In this document: piece by piece, positions 62,601 to 64,000 of the stretch
Position numbering within the stretch: the first letter of the stretch is position 1
Layout: every line of letters begins with the position of its first letter
Source of the DNA: Narcine bancroftii
Taxonomy: Eukaryota
Length of the DNA: 64,000 nucleotides
Assembly (NCBI RefSeq): GCF_036971445.1
Contig: NC_091480.1
Coordinates: 3,906,001-3,970,000 of the forward strand
Direction: 5' to 3'
Program-made: the position numbers and the translations under genes
Notes under the pieces: model-generated
Seen by the model: the letters and a program-made list of their open reading frames with translations, nothing else
What the model was told of the DNA's origin: nothing
The model's database searches: none

Positions 62601-64000
62601 AGCTGGGCGGAAGCCTGTGCACCTGGGTGTGTAGCAGTGGTCCTTGAGTGGGAACGTGGTGCTGTACACCATGCTTAGGGGCGTCTGTGGAGAACTGTGA
62701 TGTAATAATGGTTGGGAACTCTGCTAGTACTCTGGCAAGTTTGTTGCCTGACAAAGTCAGAGTCCAGGTGTGGGGCCGGTAACTTGGCTTTGCCGAGCGA
62801 GAAGATCTGGAAGGTCTTGGCATTCACTAGGCGCCATCCCTTGAGGCCCACTAGAAGACAGTGCGCCCGGGGGAATTCTGCACCCAATAAAGGCTGCGAT
62901 CCTGCTGCCAGCGTAAATGACTAGGTGAAATGGCTGGAACCAAACTGTAGTGGGATGGTTCACATGCCATGTATGTGAATACTGTAGTTGGCAGCAGTGA
63001 GTACCGGTCCTGACTTCCCAGCGCAGGTGTCATGGCTCAAGGGGGGGACACTAACTTCTGCCCCTGTGTCTGCAAGGAACTTTCGGCTGGAGTGTTCATC
63101 CCTTAAGTAAAGGAGGCTATCGTGGTGGCCAGCCACCATAGCCATTAGCAATAGCCGGCCCCGGCATTTCCTAGTAAAGAACAGGAAGGGCAGCAATGGT
63201 GGGTTCCTGAACCCCACTTTTGGTGGTAAAAACACCAATGGTCTGAACTGGGCCTTAGCGAGTGATGCAGCAATTTGGTCGATGGAGGCCCCACCATGCT
63301 GCTTGGTGTGCCATAGGATATCTGTGCAGGCCGCAACTTTGAAAGCTTCACTGAAATCATCCTCAGCGATGAGGAGGCGGGTATCTTCTGGCATCTGCTT
63401 GAGAAAGACTTGCTCAAACAGTAAACATGGGTTATGGCCATCTGTTAGTGCCAGCACCTCATTCATTAAGGCTGATTGGGTGCAGTCGCCTAGGATGTCC
63501 ATGTGGAGCAACCGCTCTGTGCGCTCACGGCGGGAGAGGCCAAGAGTTCGGATCAGGAGCGCCTTGATTGTTTCATGCCTGTCCGCAACTGGTGGCTGGT
63601 GTAGGAAGTTGATGATATGGCCTGCTGTTTCCTGGCCGAGTGAATCAACCACACATTAGTACTTTGTGGCGTCTGAGATGATTTGCCTGACCTGGAATTG
63701 GGCTTCAGCCTGTTCAAACCAGACCTGCGGCTGCAAGGGGCAGAACCCTATGATGCCTGTGACTCCCGGGACCTCTATGACATCAGCTGCCTGCACCCAG
63801 AGCTCTCACAGTTAGATCTGCTGCAAACTTGTCCATGATTCTGTGAGCTGGTTCACCTGTTGTGTGGGCAAGTCGCCTCAATGTAATGTTATTGTTCGTC
63901 TTTCGGGCGGCTCCACGGAGGGGGAGAAAAGTTGCAGATGCAGCAATGGTTAAATGTTTTCAAAGAATGTGACTGATAATAAAGTAAAATGCTTTAAGGT
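59690..64000. mobile_element. Second pogo/Tigger-like MITE copy, split by a Gypsy insertion (59690-60055 and 63881-64000)
   Basis: Starts TA-CAGCAAAACCCCTGG. Both parts are colinear with 51663-52130. Confidence 0.85.
60056..63880 (-). mobile_element. Decayed Gypsy LTR retrotransposon (gag, PR, RT, RH, IN, LTRs)
   Basis: gag (62960-63730), protease FLADTGAEVSV, RT SKVDLVCGYHQIP, ITPFGLFEF, YSDDVLI, RH FTVFMDYKPL, IN VNRFTKWPEAVPL and PYEGPY. LTR-like 60056 to about 60310 has a partial counterpart at 63750-63880; outer ends TG...CA. Purine tract near 60312-60327 on the minus strand. Confidence 0.92.

Noticed and set aside
62960-63652. 230-aa gag-like ORF as a domesticated gene
   Set aside because: Part of a frameshifted Gypsy relic with its 5' end deleted; no sign of selective preservation.

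Overview
Eukaryotic, intron-rich vertebrate DNA. The repeat landscape (esterase-type CR1, Penelope-associated repeats, Rex1/Babar, tRNA-type SINEs) suggests a cartilaginous fish; that is inference. Four spliced protein-coding genes can be rebuilt by hand from splice sites and reading frames. They are the 3' part of a C8orf33/UPF0488 homolog (+, 892-12505), complete MCRIP2/FAM195A (-, 19549-15415, about 156 aa, with a GC-AG intron), complete CLUAP1/IFT38 (+, 25395-38340, 12 exons, 408 aa) and the last 9 coding exons of RAB11FIP3 (-, 55228-41328). The rest is retrotransposon and DNA-transposon sequence (nested CR1s, Penelope, Rex1, RTE, two Gypsy relics, a pogo/Tigger-like MITE) plus three minisatellites. 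Nearly all ORF-track entries are spurious. I see no clearly new biological system. The best leads are a dispersed family of minimal hammerhead-ribozyme-like motifs (one in sense orientation in the probable RAB11FIP3 3' UTR), an in-frame stop in a C8orf33 exon, a candidate CLUAP1 micro-exon and a duplicated poly(A)-signal block in CLUAP1's last intron.
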